Assembly: GCA_964422925.1 (NCBI GenBank)
Contig: CAYRDC010000002.1
Location: 68,991 to 132,990 of the forward strand
Direction: 5' to 3'
Origin: an uncultured Chitinophagales bacterium
GTDB lineage: Bacteria > Bacteroidota > Bacteroidia > Chitinophagales > S012-47
Length of the DNA stretch: 64,000 nt
The position numbers were made by a program, and so were the translations under genes. Under the pieces are notes generated by a model, which saw nothing but the letters and a program-made list of their open reading frames with translations, made no database searches and was not told where the DNA came from. Below are positions 29,452 through 39,338 of the stretch, piece by piece. Position 1 is the stretch's first letter, and each line of letters begins with the position of its first letter.

Positions 29452-30384
29452 TCAGGGATAAATCCCCAGCCCCAGGCTGTCGCGGTACACCGTATCCCGC
29501 AGGTCGTTGCGGGTCCAGTAATCGAGCAGCAGGGTGTTTGTGAGGCGGGCTTCCGAGGTCATCAGATGGGCCTTCTCGCCAAAGCCGGACTGGTAGGTTT
29601 CCCGGAATCCCAGTATACGATACGGGAATTCCTTTTCCACCGTAACCTCCAGCGAACGTTTGATTGAGGTGTAATGAACCGAATAAGTACGCGTGGAATC
29701 GCTTTCGGTCCAAGAAGCTTCAGCCTTCTGCGGTTCATAGGGTTCGTGCCGGAACCGCAGGTACTGAAACGAAGGAATGAGTTCGGTCTTTCCTTCGGGC
29801 AGGGAACCCGGGTCAATGCGCAGGCGGGTGAAAATTTCATCTTCCAGCAATATGGCCGGGACCCGCAGGCCCTGGTCGGCTTCTTCAGTAAAGTAGGAAT
29901 GCTGTTCTCCTTCATATCCCTGCCCGTTGAAGTCCATGCGGGTGAACACATGACCGCACCATTCCTGCATGCTGAAGGTTTCGCGCAAAGTGAACGGGTT
30001 TTCTGCCAGGTTCACCGGGGTGAAGATGGAAGACATGATGGAATACGGGTAAATCCCGGTCAGGAATTTACGGACCATGTTCATCTTCAGCACCGGGATG
30101 TCGGTATTGTCCTCATTGAAACTCTTTACATGTTTTTCAGGGTCCATGTGCTCTGTAACAAAGATCAGTACGGCATCCCCCTTGCGGATTTCTCCGTAAC
30201 GGGCTTGTTTCAGGGCGTAATGGTTTAGTTCCGCCTGGTTGTTGTACCAATAATCGTTGAATGCCTGGCTGGTGCTGTAAGCCGGCTTGGGCAGTTTTTT
30301 ATCAGTGGTATGTTTCTGTGAATCCGAGGTTTTTTGGCAGGCGCTGAGCGCCAGAGCAGCAAATAGTATCCTAGTGAATTTCAT
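29452..30384 (-). CDS. Hypothetical lipoprotein
   Basis: 310 aa. The lipobox is FAALALSACQ. The family was not recognised. Confidence 0.55.
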   Translation of the reverse strand: MKFTRILFAALALSACQKTSDSQKHTTDKKLPKPAYSTSQAFNDYWYNNQAELNHYALKQARYGEIRKGDAVLIFVTEHMDPEKHVKSFNEDNTDIPVLKMNMVRKFLTGIYPYSIMSSIFTPVNLAENPFTLRETFSMQEWCGHVFTRMDFNGQGYEGEQHSYFTEEADQGLRVPAILLEDEIFTRLRIDPGSLPEGKTELIPSFQYLRFRHEPYEPQKAEASWTESDSTRTYSVHYTSIKRSLEVTVEKEFPYRILGFRETYQSGFGEKAHLMTSEARLTNTLLLDYWTRNDLRDTVYRDSLGLGIYP

Positions 30385-30449
30385 GGGTCAGATATTTTAA
30401 TTGGAGCAACAAAGGTAAAGGTGGAAAAGTTGTAAAAAGGTGACAATAA

Positions 30450-32111
30450 TTACCGCCTTTGCTGAATCCAGGCCGTGAATTCCGGGAGAGGTTTGGCATT
30501 GAGCACATGCCGGGCTTCCAACCCGCCTTTGCGTGCCGCGTAGATGCCGTACCGGACATCTTCCAGACCATCGACATGGTGCGCGTCCGGGTTGATGGAT
30601 ATGAGCACTCCGGCTTCCGCGGCCATGGGCAGCCATTTCCAGTCGATGTCCAGCCGGTTGGGGTTGGCGTTCAGTTCTATTACTATGTTATGCTCCGCGC
30701 AGGCCCGGATGATTTCTTCATGGTCCACCGGGTATCCTTCCCGGGAAAGGAGGATACGGCCGGTCAGGTGGCCGAGAATCCGTGTGTAGGGGTTGGCAAT
30801 AGCACGCAGCAACCGCTCCATAGCTTTTTCCATTGGCATGCGCAGGTTGCTGTGCACCGAGGCGATGACCAGGTCGAATGAGGTAAGGACTTCATCCGGA
30901 TAATCCAGGTTGCCGTCTGAGAGGATATCCGCTTCAATGGAAGAAAACAGGCGGAAAGGGGCCAGCCGATCGTTAAGTTCCCGGATTTGCTCCTGCTGAG
31001 CCTTGAGTCGCTCAATATCCAGCCCGTTGGCATAGAAAGCCGAACGACTATGGTCGGAAACCACGGCATATTCATAGCCTGCATCGCGGCAGGCCAACGC
31101 CATTTCTTCCAGGGTGTTCAGCCCGTCACTCCAGGTGGTATGCCAGTGAATGACACCCCGCAGGTCTTTCCGTTCAACCAGGCGTGGCAATTGGTTTTTT
31201 TTGGCTTTTTCCAGCCAACGGGTCCCGTTTCGGAGTTCCGGGGCAATGTATGGCAGCCCGGCTTTGCGAAAATAATCCGCTTCGGCTGAGCCGGGGCGCA
31301 ATGGAACCGGCCACGCTTTCAGAAAAGCATCGTCCCCGGTGGTTTTCAGAAGCAGGTAGCCGGAATTATCCGGATCTGCCAGGTAAAGCCTGACTTTGGT
31401 TCCCACCGGGGTTACCGCGCTGATGTGCCCGTTTTCGGCCATCCGGTTTTCGAACAGGTGCAATGCATCGAGCTGCTCCGCCAGGCCGGGCTCCGGATAT
31501 TTCAGCAGGAATTCCAGTTCATCGACCAGGATTTCCCTGCGCCTTAAAGCGCCTGTAACTTGCACTTCCAGCCCGGGGATGGCAGCCGTCATGCGGTTTA
31601 TGATTTCCCGGGCTTCGGCCTCGGCTTCCGCATACAGCCTCTTGCCCCGGTTGACGAGGTAGTATTCCAGCTGCCTGCGCACATTCTCCTGGGTTTTCGT
31701 GCCAAATCCCTTCAATAGGGCCAGACGGTTTTCCTGGCAGGCGTACAGCAGTTCCCCGGGGCTTTCAATGCCCAGTTCACGCCAGATGATACCGGCTTTT
31801 TTTCCACCAAGCCCTTTGATGCTTAGCATTTCCAGCACCCCGTCCGGGGTTTTTTCGAGGTATTTGTCGAGCAGGGGCAGGGTGCCCGTTTCCAGTATGT
31901 CCCGGATTTTTTTCTGAATAGCCGGTCCGATGCCTTTCACTGTGGCCAGTTCCCGGACATCCAGCTGGTCGAGCGGTACGGGCAGGCGTTCGATCTGGTA
32001 GGCTGCGTTCTGGTATGAACGGATTTTGAACGGGTTTTCATCGTACAGTTCCAAGAGTTTGGCCAGCAGCCGGAAACGGGCGGCAATTTCTTTGTTAAGG
32101 GTAGTGCTCAT
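30450..32111 (-). CDS. polX: Family X DNA polymerase with C-terminal PHP domain (PolX)
   Basis: From the ATG at 32111: N-terminal HhH/8-kDa-like region (IRSYQNAAYQIERL...VKGIGPAIQKKI) and C-terminal PHP motifs (GVIHWHTTWSDG...SDHS...SVHS...LGH). Confidence 0.85.
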   Translation of the reverse strand: MSTTLNKEIAARFRLLAKLLELYDENPFKIRSYQNAAYQIERLPVPLDQLDVRELATVKGIGPAIQKKIRDILETGTLPLLDKYLEKTPDGVLEMLSIKGLGGKKAGIIWRELGIESPGELLYACQENRLALLKGFGTKTQENVRRQLEYYLVNRGKRLYAEAEAEAREIINRMTAAIPGLEVQVTGALRRREILVDELEFLLKYPEPGLAEQLDALHLFENRMAENGHISAVTPVGTKVRLYLADPDNSGYLLLKTTGDDAFLKAWPVPLRPGSAEADYFRKAGLPYIAPELRNGTRWLEKAKKNQLPRLVERKDLRGVIHWHTTWSDGLNTLEEMALACRDAGYEYAVVSDHSRSAFYANGLDIERLKAQQEQIRELNDRLAPFRLFSSIEADILSDGNLDYPDEVLTSFDLVIASVHSNLRMPMEKAMERLLRAIANPYTRILGHLTGRILLSREGYPVDHEEIIRACAEHNIVIELNANPNRLDIDWKWLPMAAEAGVLISINPDAHHVDGLEDVRYGIYAARKGGLEARHVLNAKPLPEFTAWIQQRR

Positions 32112-32202
32112 GGTTAGTAGCCTTAAAGTTAAGACAAGGTATAAAAAAAGCCCACCGCTGGGCAATGGGCTGATTTTTTTATAAAGTAAGGAATTTTGCT
32201 TG

Positions 32203-32817
32203 TCAGGACAGGTTTTTGGCCTGCTCAATCCAGCCGTCTTTTTCTACCTTCGCGGGTTTGATGCCGGTTTTGGCTTCCAACTCGGCCAGGTCATCAGCCG
32301 TCCAGGCAGCTATCTGGGCATAGGTTGTGATTCCGGCCTCGTTCAGCTTCTTTTCATAAGCCGGCCCGAGGCCTTTGATTTTTTTCAGGTCGTCCTTGCC
32401 GCTTGCTTCTGGAGCCTTGGCAGGCTTTTCTTTTACTTCAGCTTTGGCTGCAGCCGGTTTTTCGGGCGCAGCTTTTTTGACTGGAGCTTCTTTTGCCGGA
32501 GTTTCCTTTGCAACCGGTTTTTTGGCGGTGGCAATGACCTGTCCGGTTGCAGCCGCGTATTCCTCAGGAGTTAAAACCGATACATACGAACGGTTATTGC
32601 GCCTTTTGCGGAAATATACAATGCCTTCCCGGAGGGCAAACAGGGTGTGGTCCTTGCCCATACCCACTCCGTCACCGGGATGATGGCGGGTGCCGCGCTG
32701 GCGGACGATAATATTCCCGGCAATCGCTACCTGGCCGCCAAATATCTTTACACCAAGCCGTTTACTTTCTGATTCGCGTCCGTTCCGCGTACTACCAGCT
32801 CCTTTCTTATGTGCCAT
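32203..32817 (-). CDS. rpmA: 50S ribosomal protein L27 with a C-terminal extension of about 115 aa
   Basis: Residues 1-85 are canonical L27 ([27 protein letters not shown]...[25 protein letters not shown]). Residues about 90-204 are a K/A/P/E-rich linker plus [32 protein letters not shown]...GWIEQAKNL. Confidence 0.9.
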   Translation of the reverse strand: MAHKKGAGSTRNGRESESKRLGVKIFGGQVAIAGNIIVRQRGTRHHPGDGVGMGKDHTLFALREGIVYFRKRRNNRSYVSVLTPEEYAAATGQVIATAKKPVAKETPAKEAPVKKAAPEKPAAAKAEVKEKPAKAPEASGKDDLKKIKGLGPAYEKKLNEAGITTYAQIAAWTADDLAELEAKTGIKPAKVEKDGWIEQAKNLS

Positions 32818-32840
32818 GGTTCAGGTGTTTTTCAGATTTT

Positions 32841-33149
32841 TTAAGAGATCTTTTCAATCTTGATCCTGGAAAATTGCTGGCGATGCCCGTTTTTGACACG
32901 GTATCCCTTGCGCCTTTTCTTTTTGAACACAATCACCTTGTCGCCTTTGACATGTTCCAGTATGGTGGCGCTTACTTTGGCTTTTTCCAGCACCGGGGTA
33001 CCGACTTCTACCTTGCCGTCATTGTCTTTCAACAGAACCCTGTCAAATTCTACTTTGTCGCCTTCCTTTCCTTCCAGGCGGTGAACAAACAGTTCCTGGT
33101 CTTTTTCAACCTTGAATTGCTGTCCAGCTATTTCTACTATTGCATACAT
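32841..33149 (-). CDS. rplU: 50S ribosomal protein L21
   Basis: [18 protein letters not shown]...[21 protein letters not shown]. The start is placed at the ATG at 33149. Confidence 0.92.
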   Translation of the reverse strand: MYAIVEIAGQQFKVEKDQELFVHRLEGKEGDKVEFDRVLLKDNDGKVEVGTPVLEKAKVSATILEHVKGDKVIVFKKKRRKGYRVKNGHRQQFSRIKIEKIS

Positions 33150-33325
33150 GATTTGTGGCTGATTAAAATCGGAGTGCAAAGGTAAATAAAGTGAGCGGAT
33201 TTTTCAATTTCCCTGAAGGTTTTATTGCAGCCTGCTTTTTATGCCCGGGACCGGTAAGAAAGAATTGCCCGGTTTGCCAGGCGGATATACAGGGGCGGGG
33301 GATTTGGCAAGAGAAAAACCGGATG

Positions 33326-33844
33326 CTAACATCCGGCCTTTCCAGTGCAATGTCTGCGGGAGCGGTGCCCCTTTTCGCGCATCAGGATGAGGCGCGCGCT
33401 GAAGCCGGCTTCCAAGCCCAGCTTCGTGGCCTTGAAACCGAGTTCCGGGGAAGGATAGTTGAAATCCAGCCGGGGTTTCACGTCCAGGCTCAGCAGGAGG
33501 GGCAGCAGGGGTGTTTTCAGTTCAACCCCTGCGATGGCATCCGGGCCCCAGATCATCTGCGTGTTCTGGATATTGCCCAGGTGGGCGCCTCCGCCCAGGT
33601 AAATGTTGAAGCTCCTGAACAGGAGGGGGAAGTGGCGTTCCATCAGCAGGGTGCCCGTAAATTCATCGGTTCCCATTTCAAGGATGCCTTCCATGGTGTG
33701 GAACTCGCCCGTGCGTTGCTGCAGGGTCAGGCCCACGTGCCGGGGGTCGAGCCGGATGCCCAGGGCGGTGTTGTATTTTTGGGCATGGAGCGCAAGGGCC
33801 AAAATCATAATCATCATTCCTAGGGCAATTGTCTTTTTCATCAT
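33326..33844 (-). CDS. Hypothetical secreted protein
   Basis: 172 aa with signal peptide MMKKTIALGMMIMILALALHAQ. The family was not recognised. Confidence 0.45.
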   Translation of the reverse strand: MMKKTIALGMMIMILALALHAQKYNTALGIRLDPRHVGLTLQQRTGEFHTMEGILEMGTDEFTGTLLMERHFPLLFRSFNIYLGGGAHLGNIQNTQMIWGPDAIAGVELKTPLLPLLLSLDVKPRLDFNYPSPELGFKATKLGLEAGFSARLILMREKGHRSRRHCTGKAGC

Positions 33845-33880
33845 TGACAGGTTTTGGTTCGCCCCGCTTTAACGCAAGGG

Positions 33881-35128
33881 TTATGCCAGTTTATTTTCCA
33901 GCTGTCGCAAAACCTTCACCCGCAGCCAGGCGGGCGGGTGGGAGTAGTGCAGGGAAACGTACCACGGGTGGGGCCACGGGAAAGACAGGTTGCCGGTGCT
34001 CAGCTTGCGCAGGGCATCGGCCAGGGCACCGGCCCCGTAGGTTTCGGCTGCGAAACGGTCGGCTTCGAACTCGAATTTCCTCGAAAAATAATTGCCCAGC
34101 CAGCCGGTGAGGAGGCTCAGGGGCTGGAAAATGAGGGCAAAGGCCAGGGCGGTCAGGTGAAAGGAAGCGCTGTCTGCCCCGAGGGCCAGTGCAGGCTCCG
34201 GGTGCTGCAGCATCCAGCCGAAGAGGGCAAACACCAGCCCCGTGGTGAAAGCCGACAGCAGCAGTCCCTTGAGGATGTGCTTTTTCCGGTAATGGCCGAC
34301 TTCGTGGGCCAGCACGGCCACCAGCTCCCCGCGGGTGTGTTTTTCAATGAGCGTGTCGTAAAGCACAATGTCCTTGCGCCTGCCCAGCCCGCTGAAGAAG
34401 GCGTTGGCCTTGGACGAGCGTTTCGAACCGTCCATGACGCTGATCTTGCCGAGCGGGAAACCGGTTTTCCGGGCATACGCGGTGATGGCATCGCGCAGGG
34501 GCCCTTCATCCAGCGGGGTGAGCTTGTTGAACACCGGCAGCAGCACGGCCGTGTAGAACATGGACAGCAGCGAGCTGAACCCCAGCACCAGCAACCACGC
34601 AAATACCCAGAACCACTTGCCGGTTAACAGGTAAAGGAAAACGATGTTGACCAGTAAACCGCCCGCAAACAAGCTGCCGAGGGCCAATTCTTTGAACCGA
34701 TCGGTAATGAAAACGGAGGGAGTGGTTTTGTTGAACCCGAAGCGCTCCTCGATGACAAAGGTCTTCCACGCGCTGAAGGGGATGGAGAGAAGCCAGGCGC
34801 CCAGCCCGAGGATGCCGAAAAAGAGCAGGGCCTGCACCACGGGATGGGCTGCCCGGGCCTGCACCCACTGGTCGAGGCTGCCGAAAAAACCGGTGAAGAG
34901 CAGCACCAGCAGCAGGGCGGTGGACAAGGTGCCCGACACCAGCCCCAGGCGGAAGTGCTCGCGGTGGTAGGCCAGCGCTTCGCGGTATTTTTCCGGTGTG
35001 TAGAAATCCCGCAGGGCTTCAGGCACCTCTGCCGGGGCATGGTTCAGGTTCAGCCAGTCGAGATACAGGTCTGTGAAGAACCCGAGTACAACCAAAAGGG
35101 CGATGAGGTATAAGATTGTTTCAGCCAT
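33881..35128 (-). CDS. M48-family (Ste24/HtpX-like) zinc metalloprotease
   Basis: 415 aa, polytopic, with the HEVGHYRKKH (HExxH) motif. Confidence 0.85.
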   Translation of the reverse strand: MAETILYLIALLVVLGFFTDLYLDWLNLNHAPAEVPEALRDFYTPEKYREALAYHREHFRLGLVSGTLSTALLLVLLFTGFFGSLDQWVQARAAHPVVQALLFFGILGLGAWLLSIPFSAWKTFVIEERFGFNKTTPSVFITDRFKELALGSLFAGGLLVNIVFLYLLTGKWFWVFAWLLVLGFSSLLSMFYTAVLLPVFNKLTPLDEGPLRDAITAYARKTGFPLGKISVMDGSKRSSKANAFFSGLGRRKDIVLYDTLIEKHTRGELVAVLAHEVGHYRKKHILKGLLLSAFTTGLVFALFGWMLQHPEPALALGADSASFHLTALAFALIFQPLSLLTGWLGNYFSRKFEFEADRFAAETYGAGALADALRKLSTGNLSFPWPHPWYVSLHYSHPPAWLRVKVLRQLENKLA

Positions 35129-35189
35129 GGTACAAAACTACGGCAACCGGAATATTCTCGCCCGCAGGTGAATTACTAACTTTGCCCCC

Positions 35190-36698
35190 GTGGGATGGAA
35201 AGCTATTGCGATCAAACCCTATGCGCGTGCTTTGGTGCGCAAGCTGCACCGTTGGCGCCAGCAGCCACTGAAGGACCAGCAACTCATCTTCCGGAACCTG
35301 TTGCGGCAGGGAGCTTCTACCCGGTTTGGCCGTGATCATGACTTTGAAAAGATCCGGTCCTACGAGGATTTCCGGAAAGCAGTGCCTGTTCGGGATTATG
35401 AAGGGCTACGTTCCTATATTGATCGCATGGTGGCAGGAGAAACGGATGTTTTATGGCCCGCCCGGCCGCTGTATTATGCTAAAACTTCCGGCACTACTTC
35501 AGGCGCCAAATTTATTCCCATTTCACGCCAGTCAATTTCCAATCATATTCACACGGCAAGGTACGCCCTGATGAATTACATGGTTTGTTCCGGCAACTAC
35601 CGCATTTTTGACGGGAAAATGATTTTCCTTTCCGGCAGCCCTCGGTTAGATAAAACCAACGGGGTCCTGACCGGCAGGTTGTCCGGCATTGTAAATCACC
35701 ATATACCGGCATGGATCCGGGGCAACCAACTGCCCAGCTGGGAAACCAACTGCGTGGAAGACTGGGAAACCAAAGTGGACAAAATCGTGGAGGAAACCAT
35801 ACGGCAGCCCATGACCCTTATCAGTGGGATACCGCCCTGGGTGGTGATGTATTATGAGCGCCTGGTGGAAAAATCCGGCAAAAGGGTGGGGGACTTGTTC
35901 CCGGGGTTCCGGGTATTCATGCATGGCGGGGTGAATTTTCAACCCTATGAGCAGAAACTCGGGGAACTGGTCGGCCGTCCGGTGGATACATTGGAAACTT
36001 ACCCTGCCTCGGAGGGATTTATTGCTTTCCAGGACCGGGTGGACAAACCCGGCCTGCTGCTGAATACCGCTTCCAGCATTTTCTATGAGTTCATCCCGGC
36101 CGGGGAAGTGCATACGGACAATCCCACCCGCCTGTCACTGGAGGAAGTAGAACCGGGCGTGAATTATGCCATAGTGCTGAATACCAATGCCGGGCTTTGG
36201 GCTTACCTGTTGGGCGATACGGTCCGCTTTATTTCCCGGGAACCGTACCGGCTGGTGGTCACCGGCCGGGTCAGCCATTATATTTCCGCGTTCGGGGAAC
36301 ATGTCATTTCCGAAGAAGTGGACCGGGCCATGGTGACGGCCTGCGACAAAACCAAAGCCCGGGTGATTGACTTTACCGTGGCACCGCAGGTAAACCCGGT
36401 AGAAGGATTGCCCTACCATGAATGGTTCGTGGAGTTTTCAAAAATGCCGGAAGACGTGGATCGGTTCGCCCGCATCCTGGATGAAAACCTGCAGGAGCAA
36501 AATTCCTATTACCGGGATTTGATCACTGGGAAAGTCCTTCGCCCACTGGTAGTAACCTTGCTGCAAAAGGATGCCTTTCGCAGCTATATGAAATCCCGGG
36601 GGAAATTGGGCGGGCAGAACAAGCTGCCCCGCCTGCGCAACGACCGGCAGATAGCCGATGAACTGAAACCATATATTTGGACCGGGGAAAAGGCGTAA
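35190..36698 (+). CDS. GH3-family (auxin-responsive promoter-like) adenylating protein
   Basis: 502 aa. YYAKTSGTTSGAKFIP is an acyl-adenylate-forming motif. The start is GTG. Confidence 0.78.
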   Translation: MGWKAIAIKPYARALVRKLHRWRQQPLKDQQLIFRNLLRQGASTRFGRDHDFEKIRSYEDFRKAVPVRDYEGLRSYIDRMVAGETDVLWPARPLYYAKTSGTTSGAKFIPISRQSISNHIHTARYALMNYMVCSGNYRIFDGKMIFLSGSPRLDKTNGVLTGRLSGIVNHHIPAWIRGNQLPSWETNCVEDWETKVDKIVEETIRQPMTLISGIPPWVVMYYERLVEKSGKRVGDLFPGFRVFMHGGVNFQPYEQKLGELVGRPVDTLETYPASEGFIAFQDRVDKPGLLLNTASSIFYEFIPAGEVHTDNPTRLSLEEVEPGVNYAIVLNTNAGLWAYLLGDTVRFISREPYRLVVTGRVSHYISAFGEHVISEEVDRAMVTACDKTKARVIDFTVAPQVNPVEGLPYHEWFVEFSKMPEDVDRFARILDENLQEQNSYYRDLITGKVLRPLVVTLLQKDAFRSYMKSRGKLGGQNKLPRLRNDRQIADELKPYIWTGEKA

Positions 36699-37894
36699 GC
36701 CGGCTCCCGCAAAATCACCAGTCACTGGATACGAAAAAAAGACATATCGCGATACTCGGTTCCACCGGCAGCATCGGGAAACAGGCCCTGGAAGTGATAG
36801 CCGCTTACCCGGAAGTGTTTGCGGCAGAACTGCTTACGGCCAGCACCAACAGCGACCTGCTCATCGAGCAAGCCCGGCAGTTCCGGCCCAACATGGTGGT
36901 CATTGTTGATGAATTGGAATATGGCAAGGTGCGAGACGCCCTCGATCCCCTGGGCATCAAGGTGTTTACCGGAGCCGCCTCGCTGGAGCAGGTGGTTCAG
37001 TTTGATGAGGTGGACATCGTGCTGACCGCCATAGTCGGTTTTGCCGGCCTGCATTCCACCCTGAAAGCCATCGAGGCGGGCAAAACCATCGCGCTGGCCA
37101 ACAAGGAGACGCTGGTGGTGGCCGGCCACCTGATCACTTCGCTGGCCCGGGAGAAGGGTGTAAACATTTACCCGGTGGATTCCGAACATTCTGCCATATT
37201 CCAGTGCCTGGCGGGAGAGTTTCATAACCCGGTGGAGAAGATTTTTCTTACGGCTTCCGGAGGCCCGTTCCGGGGCATGTCGATCGAGGATTTGCGGCAA
37301 ATCACCCCCGCCCAGGCTCTCAGGCATCCCAACTGGAACATGGGCGCCAAAATCACCATCGACTCCGCCACGCTGATGAACAAAGGCCTCGAGGTAATCG
37401 AAGCCCGGTGGCTGTTCGGCCTGGTGCCCGAAAAAATCGAAGTGATCGTTCATCCGCAGTCCATCATTCACAGCATGGTGCAGTTCCGGGATGGCTCCAT
37501 CAAGGCGCAGCTGGGCCTGCCGGATATGCGCCTGCCGATACTGTACGCCCTGGCATATCCCCAGCGCCTGCCGACCAATTACCCGCGGTTTGACATAGCC
37601 GATTACCCGTCCCTGACCTTCGAGAAACCGGATACCGATACCTTCCGGAACCTGGCCCTGGCTTACGAAGCCCTGCGGAAAGGCGGCAACCTGCCCTGCG
37701 TGCTGAATGCCGCCAATGAAGTGGCTGTACAGTCTTTCCTGGAAAGGAAAATTCCTTTCCTATCGATTCCCGAGCTGGTCGAAAAGGCAATGGAATATAT
37801 TCCCTTTGTCAGCGAACCCGTTCTGACCGACCTGGAAAACACAGACCGGGAAACCAGGTCCTGGGTATCGGAGCAGGTGGCAAATGACCATTGA
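36677..37894 (+). CDS. dxr: 1-deoxy-D-xylulose-5-phosphate reductoisomerase
   Basis: ...KKRHIAILGSTGSIGKQALEV...PVDSEHSAIFQCL...NKGLEVIEA. The start is uncertain. There is no ATG or GTG upstream of the Rossmann motif, and the only in-frame start is a TTG at 36677 that overlaps the GH3 gene end by 22 nt. Confidence 0.9.
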   Translation: MDRGKGVSRLPQNHQSLDTKKRHIAILGSTGSIGKQALEVIAAYPEVFAAELLTASTNSDLLIEQARQFRPNMVVIVDELEYGKVRDALDPLGIKVFTGAASLEQVVQFDEVDIVLTAIVGFAGLHSTLKAIEAGKTIALANKETLVVAGHLITSLAREKGVNIYPVDSEHSAIFQCLAGEFHNPVEKIFLTASGGPFRGMSIEDLRQITPAQALRHPNWNMGAKITIDSATLMNKGLEVIEARWLFGLVPEKIEVIVHPQSIIHSMVQFRDGSIKAQLGLPDMRLPILYALAYPQRLPTNYPRFDIADYPSLTFEKPDTDTFRNLALAYEALRKGGNLPCVLNAANEVAVQSFLERKIPFLSIPELVEKAMEYIPFVSEPVLTDLENTDRETRSWVSEQVANDH

Positions 37895-37994
37895 TTCCGG
37901 GCAGGCTGAAAAGGTAATTATGGTTTTATAACCGACAAAATACTTCCAATTAGGCGCAGGTCGTTAACTTTGCCCGGCAAACAATTTATTCCGC

Positions 37995-39320
37995 ATGGTC
38001 ATTCTTATCAAAGCCCTCCAGTTTTTCCTGAGTCTTTCCATTTTAATTATCCTTCACGAGTTCGGACATTTCCTGGCTGCCAGGCTTTTCAAAACCCGTG
38101 TGGAGAAGTTTTATCTTTTCTTCAACCCGTGGCTGACTTTGTTTAAAAAGAAAATCGGTGACACCGAATACGGCATAGGCTGGCTGCCCCTGGGCGGATA
38201 TGTCAAGATTGCCGGGATGATTGACGAATCGATGGACCGCGAAGCACTGAAAAAACCTCCGCAGCCGTGGGAATTGCGCAGCAAGCCGGCCTGGCAGCGC
38301 CTGATCATCATGCTGGCAGGGATTATCGTCAACGCTATCCTGGCCATCCTGATTTTTGCCATGGTTCTCTTTGTCTGGGGCAAACCCTACCTGCCCCCGG
38401 AAAACCTGACCTACGGGGTGTATGCCGATTCCATAGGGACGAAAATCGGCATACAGGATGGCGATAAAATCATTGCCATAGACGGCCGGCCGTTCAAGGA
38501 TTTCAACAAGCTGAATTACGAAATCATTATCCATGAAGCCACCTCGCTGGATGTGGAAAGAAACGGGGAGATCATCACCCTGCCCATCCCGGAAGGCACG
38601 ATCAATGCCATCATCACTTCGCGTAACCGCAGCATTGCCTATCCGCGGTTCCCGGTGAAAGTCAAGGAAGTGATTCCGGGCAGCCCGGCTGAGGAGGCGG
38701 GCCTGCAGCCGGAAGACCAGATCATTGCCGTAAACGGGGAGGATACCTGGTTTTTTCACCGGTTTCGCAAAGCGTTGCAGGACAATAAGGACCGGGAGAT
38801 CGACCTCTCGGTGGTCCGCGTGCCGGACACCCTGCATTTGCATCCGGTGGTTCGGGAAGACGGCACGATCGGGTTTCAGGGGTATTCCCTGGCGTATTAC
38901 CTGAAACAGGATACGCTGCATTACGGGTTTTTTGCTTCCTTCCCGGCCGGCCTTCATGAAGCGTGGGTCAACCTGAAAGACTATGTAAAGCAAATCGGTC
39001 TCATCTTTACCTCCAAGGAAATCAAGGCCAGCGAATCGGTCGGAGGGTTTATCAGCATCGGGAGCATATTCGGTGATACCTGGGACTGGCACCGTTTCTG
39101 GAATATGACGGCCTGGCTGTCCATTGTGCTGGCCTTCATGAACCTGTTGCCCATTCCCGCCCTGGACGGGGGCCATGTGCTGTTCATCCTGGTGGAAATG
39201 GTGAGCGGGCGCAAACCGAGCGACAAATTCCTGGAATATGCCCAGGTGGTAGGCATGATCCTGCTGATTGCCCTGCTGATCTTTGCCAATGCCAACGATG
39301 TAATCAGGCTATTCAGGTAA
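37995..39320 (+). CDS. rseP: RIP (site-2) metalloprotease RseP
   Basis: 441 aa. It has HEFGHFLAARLF (HExxH), PDZ-like central region and C-terminal NLLPIPALDGGH. Confidence 0.9.
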   Translation: MVILIKALQFFLSLSILIILHEFGHFLAARLFKTRVEKFYLFFNPWLTLFKKKIGDTEYGIGWLPLGGYVKIAGMIDESMDREALKKPPQPWELRSKPAWQRLIIMLAGIIVNAILAILIFAMVLFVWGKPYLPPENLTYGVYADSIGTKIGIQDGDKIIAIDGRPFKDFNKLNYEIIIHEATSLDVERNGEIITLPIPEGTINAIITSRNRSIAYPRFPVKVKEVIPGSPAEEAGLQPEDQIIAVNGEDTWFFHRFRKALQDNKDREIDLSVVRVPDTLHLHPVVREDGTIGFQGYSLAYYLKQDTLHYGFFASFPAGLHEAWVNLKDYVKQIGLIFTSKEIKASESVGGFISIGSIFGDTWDWHRFWNMTAWLSIVLAFMNLLPIPALDGGHVLFILVEMVSGRKPSDKFLEYAQVVGMILLIALLIFANANDVIRLFR

Positions 39321-39338
39321 TACGGAGAAAAGGCAGGT

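Noticed and set aside
29408-29713. N-terminal 102-codon extension of the UbiA-family ORF (and similarly 32112-32228 for polX, 42178-42246 for the E1 fusion, 50889-50975 for hsdR)
   Set aside because: The extensions overlap upstream genes or intergenic signals and have non-protein-like sequence. Internal ATGs give N-termini that match the respective families, so the starts were trimmed.
38043-39176. 377-aa ORF antisense to rseP
   Set aside because: The opposite strand encodes an unmistakable site-2 protease (HEFGH, PDZ, NLLPIPALDGGH), so this is a shadow ORF.
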